Below, one piece after another: positions 23,095-33,400 of a stretch of DNA of 64,000 nucleotides. The first letter of the stretch is position 1. Every line of letters starts with the position of its first letter. The position numbers and the translations under genes are program-made. The notes under the pieces were generated by a model, which worked only from the letters and a program-made list of their open reading frames with translations, made no database searches and was not told where the DNA came from. This DNA comes from Myxococcota bacterium (GTDB lineage: Bacteria > Myxococcota_A > SURF-8), in contig CAXXQS010000002.1 in assembly GCA_963674735.2 (NCBI GenBank), positions 736,001-800,000 of the forward strand, in the 5' to 3' direction.

Positions 23095-24380
23095 AAATCA
23101 CGCCTTACTTCCTATCCGGTATATATCTGACATTGGCGGCACGACCGGACGTCGTCGCCCTGATCGACGCCCCTCGTTGCGAACAAGACGTGGGCGGGCG
23201 GGGCGGTTTCTTGCAAGACCGCAGGGGAACGCTTTTTGGCGACGGTGCCTACGCACGCAATCGACGCGTCTATTCGCCCGGCCACTGGATGCACCCGGGG
23301 GCGAGTTCCTCTGCCGAAGACGACCTGCTGAAGACTCTCGACAGCATCGCCGAGCGACATCCGAACAACCCCATCCTGCTCGCACGCGGATACCTGTCGG
23401 CACTGGCCAACACCGATCTGGCCGGGTTGGCGAGCGAGTGGTCGGAACGGACAGGTCACCGAATCGCAACGGTGTCCCAGGGGTCGCTGGACGATGATTG
23501 GCGCGATGGCGCAGCTGCCGCGCAACTCGCACTCCTGAGCATCTACGAAAATGACGACGCCCCGCTCCGTCCCTTGATTACAGGTTGGGGACCCATGCGC
23601 ATGGAAGGCGACGAAATTGGCAACCTGATTGAATTGCAAAGGCTTTTCGCCTTGGCCACCGGGACGGATGCGGGTTTTCTGCTTGACGGTCAACTAAACG
23701 GCGCCTGGCATCGGCCCGACGCTCCGCATATCGTACTGGGTGAGACCGACCCGGAAAACGCGATTGATTCCCTGCAACTTCCCGCCCTACCTTACGGCTT
23801 GGGGGCAACGGACGCCTTCGTACGAAAGCTGGCGGAACATCGTCATGAATTCTCGAACGATCCAGCCACGTTCGATGTATCCGTCTGGGATCGTGAACGC
23901 CAAGAAACCCAAGAGCAACTCTTGCCGCTGGCTATCCGGCAACTGGCCGGACGCGGAGCGGCCGTGGTCGCGGATCCGGCCCGCGCACGGGGACTGACGC
24001 ATGCCTTGCGAGAACTGGGGCTGGAAGTCGCCCAGGTCTACCTGTTGCGAAGGATGGATGCCGTTTGTCCGGAAGCGGACGAACTCAGCGCCCTTGGAGT
24101 GCAGGTTCTGCGCGACTCGGATTATTACGATGCCCGCGCGACGCTTTTCGAGGCCGCCGAGGACGGTGCCATCGAGGTCATCGTGGGAGCGGGAATTTTT
24201 CTGGATGCGACCCGCGAAGCCGGGCTGGCTTACGTTGAAGAAGGATTTCCTTGTTATCTCGACCACTTCATCATGCCGACGCCCACAATGGGAACTTACG
24301 GACTGTTGTATCTCGCCGAACGGCTGGACCGAGCATTAGCCCAACGCGCCCACCGCAACCGGAATCAAACTCGCGGTTGA
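23091..24380 (+). CDS. Nitrogenase component-1-like oxidoreductase subunit B
   Basis: ATG 23091 overlaps the upstream stop (ATGA) after AAGGAGG. GIYLTLAARPDVVALIDAPRC, GNLIELQRL, LPYGL.ATD.F, L.GRGAAV..DP, ALRELGLEV, GFP...PTMG..G...LAERL (NifK/N/BchB-like C-terminus). Confidence 0.75.
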   Translation: MKITPYFLSGIYLTLAARPDVVALIDAPRCEQDVGGRGGFLQDRRGTLFGDGAYARNRRVYSPGHWMHPGASSSAEDDLLKTLDSIAERHPNNPILLARGYLSALANTDLAGLASEWSERTGHRIATVSQGSLDDDWRDGAAAAQLALLSIYENDDAPLRPLITGWGPMRMEGDEIGNLIELQRLFALATGTDAGFLLDGQLNGAWHRPDAPHIVLGETDPENAIDSLQLPALPYGLGATDAFVRKLAEHRHEFSNDPATFDVSVWDRERQETQEQLLPLAIRQLAGRGAAVVADPARARGLTHALRELGLEVAQVYLLRRMDAVCPEADELSALGVQVLRDSDYYDARATLFEAAEDGAIEVIVGAGIFLDATREAGLAYVEEGFPCYLDHFIMPTPTMGTYGLLYLAERLDRALAQRAHRNRNQTRG

Positions 24381-24384
24381 CTTT

Positions 24385-24951
24385 CTACATCCTTTTCCCG
24401 CTTTCGGCCTCATGTTCGCGAATCAACCGACCCGGCAAACGGAAAAGCAAAAGACCATAGCTCAGAATCACGAACAGCAGCAAACCGACCCACGGCCACA
24501 CCATCCAGGACGGCAAGCTGTCGAATTGACCCGTAGCCAGTCCGACGGTGGCATGCGCAATACCCGCAAACAATAAATTGCAGCATAGCGCCATCGAGAT
24601 CATCATTTCAGTAACCACGCGAAAATACGCATCCTGCTTAACAGCCGGTAACTTTAAAAAAAGCTCTTTGCGTGGCAGGTTGACCCATTCGGGATGACGG
24701 GCGACCATCCAGCGGACAAGCCATGTCAGGCCATAAAGGAGAAGACTCATCAGCCAGGGAAACAATACGAAAAGGGCAATCAACTCAAAGCCCTTATTCG
24801 TCCAGCGGTCGGGTTCATTATGGAAATCGAAATGAATCGGCACGCGCTCGGGTAGAACATCCCACACTCGCCAGGCAAACCAGGGCAGATAGACCAAAAG
24901 CAGTGCATTTCCGACATGATAGAGGTTGAGGCGTAAACGGACGGACAACAT
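24385..24951 (-). CDS. DUF1648 (SdpI-like) membrane protein
   Basis: LPERVPIHFD....PDRW..K followed by transmembrane helices and a WVNLP.KE motif. Confidence 0.8.
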   Translation of the reverse strand: MLSVRLRLNLYHVGNALLLVYLPWFAWRVWDVLPERVPIHFDFHNEPDRWTNKGFELIALFVLFPWLMSLLLYGLTWLVRWMVARHPEWVNLPRKELFLKLPAVKQDAYFRVVTEMMISMALCCNLLFAGIAHATVGLATGQFDSLPSWMVWPWVGLLLFVILSYGLLLFRLPGRLIREHEAESGKRM

Positions 24952-25184
24952 ACCGGTTTCCTTTCGTTTTCCTAACCACAACAATCGCTTTCACGATCAA
25001 ACACAAGCAGATAGTTCTTGCTTCGCAATGTACACGGCTGTGAAAGAAAAGGCAACCAAGGCCTTGTTTTTTCAGAAACTTTCCGCTTTATACGATGTCT
25101 TTCCGTCTTTTGGTCACCCGTGAAAACGAATCTGCCAGCAAAAGACCTTGTGATCGGAGGCCGTCGCGGCTACAATGCCGCCCC

Positions 25185-26117
25185 ATGACACAGACGAAAA
25201 CCATTCTAACTCTCAGTCGCTGCCCCAACCCCACACGCCTCGATCATGCGTTGAGCCTGGAATTGCCGGATATCAGCCGCCGCCAGATCGTCAAGCTGAT
25301 TCAGAAACGGAAAGTCTGGGTGAATGACCGCCGGGTGTGGATCGCGTCGTGGAAAGTGAAAAACGGCGACCGCGTGAGAATCGATCAGTTGCCCATCCCC
25401 ACACCCCAGACGCCAGCGGTACCGCAAGAGTGGATTATCGCGGAAAAACCGGAGCTACTGGTGGTGAATAAGCCGGCCGGGCTGGTCAGCCATGCCACCC
25501 GCCACACTCCCGAGCTCGATCTCACCTCGCAAGTTCGTCAACGCTACGGCGAAAACGCGGCTCTTTATCACCGGCTCGACCGCGACACCTCCGGGCTGGT
25601 TTTGTTTTCGCGCAGTTCCGAACTGAATGCGGCGTTGGATCAAGCTTTCAAAGCGGGGACGGTGAGAAAGCATTACCTGGCAATCGTCGAAGCCGAAGAC
25701 GCCGCCGACCTCGAAGCCAGCGGTGTTTTCGACGAACCCATCGACCGCCACCCCAAGCGGCGCGACCGCATGCACACCCATCCGGACGGCCGTAAATCCG
25801 AGACACGCTACCGTTTTCTGGCTGAAGCGGACGGCTTGGCCCTTTTGCAGCTTATGCCCATCACCGGACGCACGCACCAATTGCGTGTCCATCTGGCAGC
25901 TCACGGCGCGCCGATTTTGGGCGACAAGCTTTACGGCCGAAAGTCCACCCCGGCTCCACGACTGATGCTGCATGCCGCCAAACTCGAACTCCCCATGCTG
26001 GGCGTCTTCCCACCGCAGCTTTTCCGCGCCCCCTGCCCTCTCGACTTTCTGGAGGCACTTCCGACCGACCTGCAAAACGCGGCCCGTGCCGCCGACCCGC
26101 TGAACATCGACAAATAG
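25185..26117 (+). CDS. RluA-family pseudouridine synthase with S4 domain (RluC/RluD-like)
   Basis: S4 RLDHAL...SRRQI; VNKPAG; HRLDRDTSGL; TGRTHQLRVH; PILGDKLYG; LMLHA. Confidence 0.93.
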   Translation: MTQTKTILTLSRCPNPTRLDHALSLELPDISRRQIVKLIQKRKVWVNDRRVWIASWKVKNGDRVRIDQLPIPTPQTPAVPQEWIIAEKPELLVVNKPAGLVSHATRHTPELDLTSQVRQRYGENAALYHRLDRDTSGLVLFSRSSELNAALDQAFKAGTVRKHYLAIVEAEDAADLEASGVFDEPIDRHPKRRDRMHTHPDGRKSETRYRFLAEADGLALLQLMPITGRTHQLRVHLAAHGAPILGDKLYGRKSTPAPRLMLHAAKLELPMLGVFPPQLFRAPCPLDFLEALPTDLQNAARAADPLNIDK

Positions 26118-26170
26118 CCGGAGTCAAAACCCACTGCCGATACGCCTAATCGCGTGACGACTGGCTGCAT

Positions 26171-27043
26171 TCACGAAGACAGCTTTTTAATGACATAATC
26201 AACGTAAATCCCGGCGGCATCGAGACCACGCGATTCACGCAAGCCCCGAAATCCGCCAAAAGCCGACACCTCGAAGACCCGCGGTCCCTCGGGTGTCTCC
26301 GCCACATCCACCGAAGTGAAATCGAGACCGAAACAGTCCTGAGCCTGCCGGGCTAGTTCAATCACCTCCGGCGATGGATCGTGGGCTTCGTAGTGACCCC
26401 CCGAATGCGTGGTCGTATTCCAGGAATCATTGCTTTTAACCCGCGAATAGGTCGAAAGATAGGTTCCTCCAACAAAGACCACCCCCAGATCCTTTCCCGG
26501 CGTTTCCACCATTCGCTGGATATACATGACCGGGTGTGCCGCACGGTATTCGCGCACGCGTGACAATGCTTCCGGACCATCCTCGATGATGACCATCCCC
26601 CGCGCTTTGGAAGTAAACAACGGCTTGAAAACCGCACGTCCGAAACGGGCGACGGCGACCAGCGCTTCGTCGATCCCTTCGGTGATGACGGTTTCCGGCA
26701 TGGGCACGCCGCCTTTACGCAACTCCAGTGTTCCGGTCAGGCGGTTGATGGCGCGTCCGATACGAAGGGGTGAGGAAAAAATACGCACGCCCTGCCGTTC
26801 AAGGTCGGCCAACAGTTCCAATCGGTCGCACATATGATGCGAATAAATCGGGGCCACTTTCTTCACCATCAACGCATCGAACTCGAATAGATCGTGGCCT
26901 TTGATGCGATAGCGGCGGTCGTGCAAATCCACCGTAAGGTCTTTCATTTCGAGTAACAAACGAAAGCCCGTTCGCTCTTCCACGGCATCGGCCAATCGCT
27001 CAGAGGACCACTTTCCGGCAATCCCAATCACTCCGATTTTCAT
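26171..27043 (-). CDS. RimK-type ATP-grasp ligase resembling the GAK-system ATP-grasp enzyme
   Basis: MKIGVIGI.GKWSSE.LADA..RTGFRL; VFKPLFTSKARGM; WNTT..GG.Y; LDFTSVDV; FEVSAFGGFRGL. GAK subfamily assignment is from recalled similarity. Confidence 0.8.
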   Translation of the reverse strand: MKIGVIGIAGKWSSERLADAVEERTGFRLLLEMKDLTVDLHDRRYRIKGHDLFEFDALMVKKVAPIYSHHMCDRLELLADLERQGVRIFSSPLRIGRAINRLTGTLELRKGGVPMPETVITEGIDEALVAVARFGRAVFKPLFTSKARGMVIIEDGPEALSRVREYRAAHPVMYIQRMVETPGKDLGVVFVGGTYLSTYSRVKSNDSWNTTTHSGGHYEAHDPSPEVIELARQAQDCFGLDFTSVDVAETPEGPRVFEVSAFGGFRGLRESRGLDAAGIYVDYVIKKLSS

Positions 27044-27075
27044 TGTTCTTTCCACCTGATTTCTCCCCGGTCCGC

Positions 27076-28284
27076 TCAAGACAGACGGCTTCGGTACTCC
27101 TCGATGACTCCTTGTTTACTAATCGTATGGCGAGCCAGACGTTTCCGAACGGCCAGATCGTCCCAGGCAGGCTGCACTCCGATTTCACGGGCCGCTTTAG
27201 CCGCATCCTGGCGCGCGCTGTCTTTGACCTTCTCCCCCATGTGACAGTCGTCACCCATGGTGACCAAGAGTGGACGCTGCCGACGCGTAGCGGTTCGATT
27301 GAGACGCTGGACCGCACTGATCAGAAATTCCGTGTAGGCACGCGATTGCGGGTTCCACACCTCAAAGCCATCGACATCGTAATCGGCCAGCAAAATCGGC
27401 CAAAACTGCTCCGGATGCGGCACGATGATTCCCGCCCCACAGCTGCGTGCTTCTTCGATTATTTCGTTGACCTCGTAAAAATGTCGAGGATTGAATGCCC
27501 GTTTCACTTCAACCTTGATCGCGCGCAGCAACAGTTGAGCGTGGTCGATAAAACGGTCGGCATAGACGTTGCGAAGGCCATCGAAAAATTCACGCACCAA
27601 TTTATTGCGCAACATTTCAGGCGCAGCGCGCGACTCATTCCGCTCGATGAGTTGGATCAGCTTCCTTGAATAGATTTGCACAAAGCGAACCAGAACCGGA
27701 TCCGCCGATGATTCTTTCACCGCCCGTTCAAGACGATCGGCAAAAGCCGAGTCAAGAATGGAGGCGAGAAATTCAAGAAGCTGATTCGACCGGTAGTTGA
27801 AGGTATGGTCAATCATGCCTTTCAGGATGTCGGCCTGCTGCAAACGCTCGGTCTTGAAATGCATGAGCAACTGAACCTTCAAGCGAAACGCCTTGGCATA
27901 ACAATCGACTTCAACACCGGAATAGCCCTGGCGGTCGAGAATGCGGTTGTGTTGAGTCGGCACGATAAACTGGCACTCGGCATGGGGAAAGGTGGCCGCG
28001 AGACGCTGTTCGATCAGGTTCATGGGTACGAACTCGGGATGCCAATGCAGCCCCATCACCACTTGCTCACCGGAAAGAACGCGATGAGGTTGGACAATCC
28101 GTTGTTCCTGCTCGGGGGTCAACGTGGTCGACGTCACGGTGTCGTAAATAGCCTGATCCTCTTCGGTGACCTCTTCAGAGATAAAGGCAAGTTCCGACAC
28201 GCTTTGCGGATACAAACCGTTGCGAGGATTCACCGTCACATGGATTTCCGGTCGACCGAAACTCGGGTCATCGTGCTTAGCCAT
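27076..28284 (-). CDS. PHP-fold-like metal-dependent phosphoesterase, hypothetical
   Basis: LHWHPE, PTQHN, GVEVD, IVPHP, DGFEVWN, TMGDDCH resemble the PHP motifs HxH, D/H-N, GxE, HP, GxEV, GSDxH. Start ATG 28284 after AGGAG. Confidence 0.65.
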   Translation of the reverse strand: MAKHDDPSFGRPEIHVTVNPRNGLYPQSVSELAFISEEVTEEDQAIYDTVTSTTLTPEQEQRIVQPHRVLSGEQVVMGLHWHPEFVPMNLIEQRLAATFPHAECQFIVPTQHNRILDRQGYSGVEVDCYAKAFRLKVQLLMHFKTERLQQADILKGMIDHTFNYRSNQLLEFLASILDSAFADRLERAVKESSADPVLVRFVQIYSRKLIQLIERNESRAAPEMLRNKLVREFFDGLRNVYADRFIDHAQLLLRAIKVEVKRAFNPRHFYEVNEIIEEARSCGAGIIVPHPEQFWPILLADYDVDGFEVWNPQSRAYTEFLISAVQRLNRTATRRQRPLLVTMGDDCHMGEKVKDSARQDAAKAAREIGVQPAWDDLAVRKRLARHTISKQGVIEEYRSRLS

Positions 28285-28528
28285 GGCATCTCCTGGAACC
28301 CAGCCATACAGTCGATGGATACGGCGCAACTCCGGACCGCATACGCGAATCAAGATGGGGTTAACCGGGTTTCTGTTCTTCCAAATGATTAAACACTTGG
28401 AATGTTAGGCGGCTATTAATTCTTTCTTGGCCCCATCGTATCATGAATGAGGGAGGAATCGGAAGCGATGCATCTAAATGCTTATTTCAGCCTTATTTTC
28501 CGGGATAATCTCGCCGCAATGAATCGCT

Positions 28529-28876
28529 TCAATCTCGCCTGTTCGCCAAGATTTCTTCGATGGCACGTCCGTCTTCCTGCTCCTCCACCCCTTGTTTGAC
28601 GGCCTTGTAATGAGCCATCAATGTTTCGGCAAATTCGGACTGGGCCTGCTGCGTTTGCGAGCCCGTCACCATCGGACGTTGAAGCATGAGACGCAGATAG
28701 CTTTCGTAGGGTTTTTCGGAGGTATACATTTTAAGCGTGTAACGCGCCACGAACGATCCGCAAGCGGCGCACTCGACAAACACTTCCACATCCTCGCCGG
28801 GCATGATGCGCATGTAATTCTTGAGTTCGACGCCGTCGCAGTTCGGGCAATGCTCCAGTCGGGATGTGCCGCGCAT
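28529..28876 (-). CDS. Small zinc-ribbon hypothetical protein
   Basis: CPNC...ECAAC..FVARY; AAGGAGG ribosome-binding site before ATG 28876. Confidence 0.75.
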   Translation of the reverse strand: MRGTSRLEHCPNCDGVELKNYMRIMPGEDVEVFVECAACGSFVARYTLKMYTSEKPYESYLRLMLQRPMVTGSQTQQAQSEFAETLMAHYKAVKQGVEEQEDGRAIEEILANRRD

Positions 28877-28889
28877 GGTCAGTCCTCCT

Positions 28890-30263
28890 TTACGCACCGA
28901 ACACCACCACGCAATAATACACGTAGAACAGGGAGAGCACCACCCCGAAAAGCGTCATCAACAATCCGACTTTAAGCATGTCGGAGACCGCGATCATGTC
29001 GGAACCGTAAGCGATGGCGTTGGGCGGAGTCGAGACGGGCAGAGCCATGCCGTAGGAGGCCGACAAGGCCGCCACGGCAGCGAAGTAGATGGGATCGGCC
29101 CCGCTGAGCGAGAGCGCGATAGGGGCGACCAGATTGGCGCTGGCGGTGTGGCTCATGAAGGTAGCCAGCAAAGCCGTGAGGGTTCCCATGATCAAACCGG
29201 CCATCAGCGGAGACAGGGCATTGAGGTTCAGTAGTTCCACCACCGACCGGCTCAGTCCCGTTTCTTGAATGGCCGCGCCCAGCGCAATCCCTCCACCGAT
29301 CAACAGCAGAATCTCCCAAGGCAGCTCCCTCAGATCACGGCGATTGGACAAACCCGCCACGGAAAAAACCAACACCGGCAACATGGCCACGACCGCCGAG
29401 GGAATCCCATGCCAGAAATCGGTGAGCCACAGAAGCACCGTCAAAGCAAAGGTGGTGTAAACGATTCCATGGCGGCTGGCCGCCCCCTCCTGCGCAGTGG
29501 AAATCCGCAAGTCACCCGCTTCTTTTCCGGGTGGAAAGAACAGCAACAGCGCCGCCCAGCACAAAATCAGCAAGACCAACATGGGCGGCACGCCATACAG
29601 CACCCACTGCACAAACGAGACGTTGATTCCACGATCGGCCAAAAGGCCGATGGCAATGGCATTGGGAGGCGTGCCGATGGGCGTCCCCACCCCGCCGATA
29701 TTGGCGCTGAACGGAATGCCCAGCATGAGCGCGCGTGCAAAAGGCGACCCTTTGGGAAGCTTGCGTACCACCGGCAACATGGCCGCCACCATGATGGCGG
29801 TGGTCGCCGTGTTGGACATCCACATCGACAAGAAGGCCGTCAGTCCCATAATACCCGCCAGCACCACCGATGGACGCGACCCGAGACGGGTGAGCACGGA
29901 ATTGGCGAAACTGACATCCAGATTGTATTTGGCAAAGATGCGTGCAAGAAAAAAGCCGCCGAACATCAGAATCACCACCGGACTAGCAAACGGCGACATA
30001 AACAAGCTGTAACGGTACGGTTCGAAGCCGAACAGATGGGCCAGCGGATCGAGCAGAAGCTGAATGGCTACCGCACCCATCAGGGCGGTGACGTAAAGCG
30101 GAATGATTTCGGTGATCCAGAAGAAAACAACCGTCGTGAAGACAGCGGCGACCAGACGAGCCGGGGTCGGCAACGCCCCACTGATGGCGAAAACCGCCAG
30201 CGCCAGAATCAGCCCGACTACGGAAAAAAGGACGTTGTGCGTCACCGATTTCGGTTTGCGCAT
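28890..30263 (-). CDS. DASS/SLC13 family divalent anion:Na+ symporter
   Basis: WITEIIPLYVTAL, LSMWMSNTATT, GGVGTPIGTPPNAIA, FMSHTA, LPVSTPPNAIAYG. Confidence 0.93.
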   Translation of the reverse strand: MRKPKSVTHNVLFSVVGLILALAVFAISGALPTPARLVAAVFTTVVFFWITEIIPLYVTALMGAVAIQLLLDPLAHLFGFEPYRYSLFMSPFASPVVILMFGGFFLARIFAKYNLDVSFANSVLTRLGSRPSVVLAGIMGLTAFLSMWMSNTATTAIMVAAMLPVVRKLPKGSPFARALMLGIPFSANIGGVGTPIGTPPNAIAIGLLADRGINVSFVQWVLYGVPPMLVLLILCWAALLLFFPPGKEAGDLRISTAQEGAASRHGIVYTTFALTVLLWLTDFWHGIPSAVVAMLPVLVFSVAGLSNRRDLRELPWEILLLIGGGIALGAAIQETGLSRSVVELLNLNALSPLMAGLIMGTLTALLATFMSHTASANLVAPIALSLSGADPIYFAAVAALSASYGMALPVSTPPNAIAYGSDMIAVSDMLKVGLLMTLFGVVLSLFYVYYCVVVFGA

Positions 30264-30424
30264 TCCCTGTACTCCCAGCCTACACGTCCATACCACCTCC
30301 CGGGTTTCCCCTTCCAGCTCGCGGGGGCGAGTTTACCACCGCCGAATGGAAAAGCAACGAAAAGCGCCGGAGAAATGGGCTTAGGCAACCCCCACTTTGC
30401 GATCTACCATGAAAACAGGTTCGG

Positions 30425-33400
30425 TCAAGGATTGAGGTCGTCGACATCCCAGAAATGGATGCCGCTTTCCCAGTTCCCGGTTATCAAGGTTGCACTATCG
30501 GGAGTAAAGACGACCGCGTTGATACCGCTGCCGTTTCGCACCAACTCACGGGCCAGAATACCGTCTGATGTACGCCAGATTAGGACCTCGCCTTTGGTTG
30601 CATCACCCCCGGCACCGGCCAGAAGTTGACCATTTTGTGAAAGGGCCAGACTTTCAACTTCCATGGTGGAGTCCGTGAGCGTCTGCAAGAGCAACCCACT
30701 CGACACCTGCCAGACCTTGACGCTCTGATCGTCGGACGCGCTGAACAGAAGTTCCGAATCCGGTGTAAAAACGAGGCTATTGACCTGAGCCGTGTGGCTG
30801 TCGAAGGTATCGACCTGTGCGAAAGTCGCGCTATCGTAAAGAGCGATCAAGCCATCCGCCGCGAGGGTCTGCCCGCCAACCACCAACCGAGCGCCGTCGG
30901 GGGAATAGGTCAGGGCACGAATTTCACCCGAAACAACAACCTCATCCGCCAACAGAGCGCCATCGGACATATCCCAGAAGCGAACAATCCCCTCTCCACC
31001 GCCGGCGGCCAGCCGTGTGCCATCAGGGGAAAAGGCCGCCGCATACACATCATCTTCCAAACCATCCAGATCACGCCAGAAAGCGCCATCGCCAAGCCGC
31101 CACAGCTTGATCTCTCCATCCTTGCCACCTGCCACCAACCAATGGTCATCGGGGGAAATTCCCAGAGTATAAACAGCCCCCGCATCCATCGGTAAGTGGC
31201 CGATTTCCTTTCGGTCCTGAACACGCCAAAGCTTGACGGCCCCATCGGAGGACGCGCTGGCGAGCACAAATCCCCCAGCGTCAAGCGCCAGACTATTCAC
31301 CCGTCCGGCATGACCGGTGACGGTGCGCTCGATCTCGCCATCGGCCAAACGATACAAATCGATCCGATTGTCGGCGCGCGCGCCCGCCAGAATCGAGCCG
31401 TTCGGGTCGAACGCCACGGCCCAGGCTCGTTGCGGACTGGTGAAAAGGCTGAGATCCAAACCACCATCGGCCACTCGCCAAACTTTAATAACGTAGTCAT
31501 ATCCGGCTGTTGCAATGCGTGTCCCATCGGGTGAAAAAGTCAGATCCTTCAACTCGTCTACATGGGCGTCGATAACCCGCAAACTGGAGCCGTCGGCGAC
31601 ATTCCACAATTTCAGGGTGTTGACACAGTAATACCCGCAAACGGAAGCCGAAGCGAGGATCGATCCATCGGGAGAAACGGCCACCGACGTCACCCGATCG
31701 GGATGCGAAGGAATGCTGCGCAACACCTGTGCATCCGCCACCTGCCAGATCACGACCACTCCACCAAGGTCCGGGTCTTTTCCGGCCGAGGCGATCCAGG
31801 TACCGTCCGGGCTGAAAGCCAGGTCATTCACCGCGCCTTTAAGGCCGTCGAACGTGCGTTCCACGGTCCCATCCGCCAGATCCCACAACCACAATTCTCC
31901 CTTGTTGATTTCATCGACGGCATCATAGTAGTAGCTACCAGTGGCTAAATAGGCACCATCCGGCGAAAAGGCCACCGCATTGACTTCCTCGCTGTGCCCC
32001 GGCAATTCACGCTCGACCCCGCCATCGGAGACACGCCACAAGCGCACGCTACGATCGGCACCGGCCGTGGCAATCCGGGAACCATCCGGCGAAAAGGCCA
32101 AATCGGTGATGCGCTGAGCGTGGCCGGTGAGTACGCGAATCAAGCCCCAGGTCGCGGTTTCCCAGATACGAACTTGTCCCCCGCCCACCGAAGCCAAAAG
32201 CTTAGCATCGGAACTGTAGCGGATTTTCGTGGGGTCCATGCCCCCACCTTGCAGCGCGTACCCAGCCCGGCAAATCCCCATCTGCTCACCGGCATCTTTC
32301 GCGCAATAAGCGTCTTGACAACACTCGTAAGCGCCTTCGCAGGCCACACCCAAACAATCGAGAGAAATTCCGGTACAGGTTTCGTCGAAACAATGGGTCG
32401 CGTAGGTTGCAGGCAAATCATCGGCGCAACCCGTGAGATCGGACTGCCCGATGCAAGCGAGAGTCATGCCGACACAACTTCCGCTCAGACAGCGATCGTC
32501 ACCGGTGGCTGCGTCCGAATCGTTGCAAGTCCCCCCCTCGTTGATGGGGACGCACCCGTCGCAACAAACCCCTGCTTCGTCGCAGCTGCAATCCGGCTGG
32601 GCGACTTCGACGAATTCGGCGGACTCACTCTCGTCATCACCGTCGACATCTCCGTCGGCATAAACCGGCTCGTCGGAACAACAACGAAAACCCAGGTTGT
32701 AATAGCGCGAATCGCGGTCGTAGATGTAGAAATCTTCGCAACGCAGGTTGCCGCCGTTGAAGTTGTCGGTAAACGATCCCCCACGAATAAGGCAATAGCC
32801 CCCATCTCCGGCTCCCTCGCAAGCATCGGTCCACTCCCACACATTGCCGCTCAGGTCGTACAAACCGGAATATCCGCCCTGACACGCGGCCTGTTCACCC
32901 ACCGACCAGGTCAGACGCAGACCGGTTTCCACCCCATTACAGGCGGAACCGGCAAAGGTATCGCCATATGGATAGGTCCGTTCACCCTGACGCGAACAGG
33001 CATTGTACCATTCGGATTCAGCGGCCTCATCGTGTAAGTCGTAAGACCCGTGACACAAGCGTTTGCCTTTTTCGGCGCAGTAAGCTTTGGCATCGCACCA
33101 GTCGATAGCCACAATAGGATGGTCGCCTTCAGTGCTGATGGGCCACGAATCGCGATAATCGGGGGTGGGATCTTCATTCCAGGCGCAATCGGGATCATCG
33201 GCCTGGCTGAAATCGGTCAACGCATCCAGATAGGCTTCATACTGCAAACGCGTCACCTCGGTGGCATCCATCAGGTAATATCCCCCGACCTCCGGCGGAT
33301 TGGGAACGCACACCTGTCCCTGCCCCGGAACAACCGACTCGCAGGGGTCGATAGGTTCCAGCTCTTCATCGAACTCGTTGTCGCCGTCCTCCTGTTCATC

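Noticed and set aside
20998-24380. Nitrogen fixation, chlorophyll (DPOR/COR) or F430 synthesis as the function of the nitrogenase-like pair
   Set aside because: No nifH/B/E/N, bch or cfb genes in the window, an incomplete P-cluster Cys set and no recognisable FeMo-cofactor ligands.
29265-33037. Long plus-strand ORFs (454 aa at 29265 and 347 aa at 31994) and similar antisense ORFs at 42092, 55772, 58586 and 63074
   Set aside because: Antisense shadows of well-supported genes in GC-rich DNA, with no motifs of their own.
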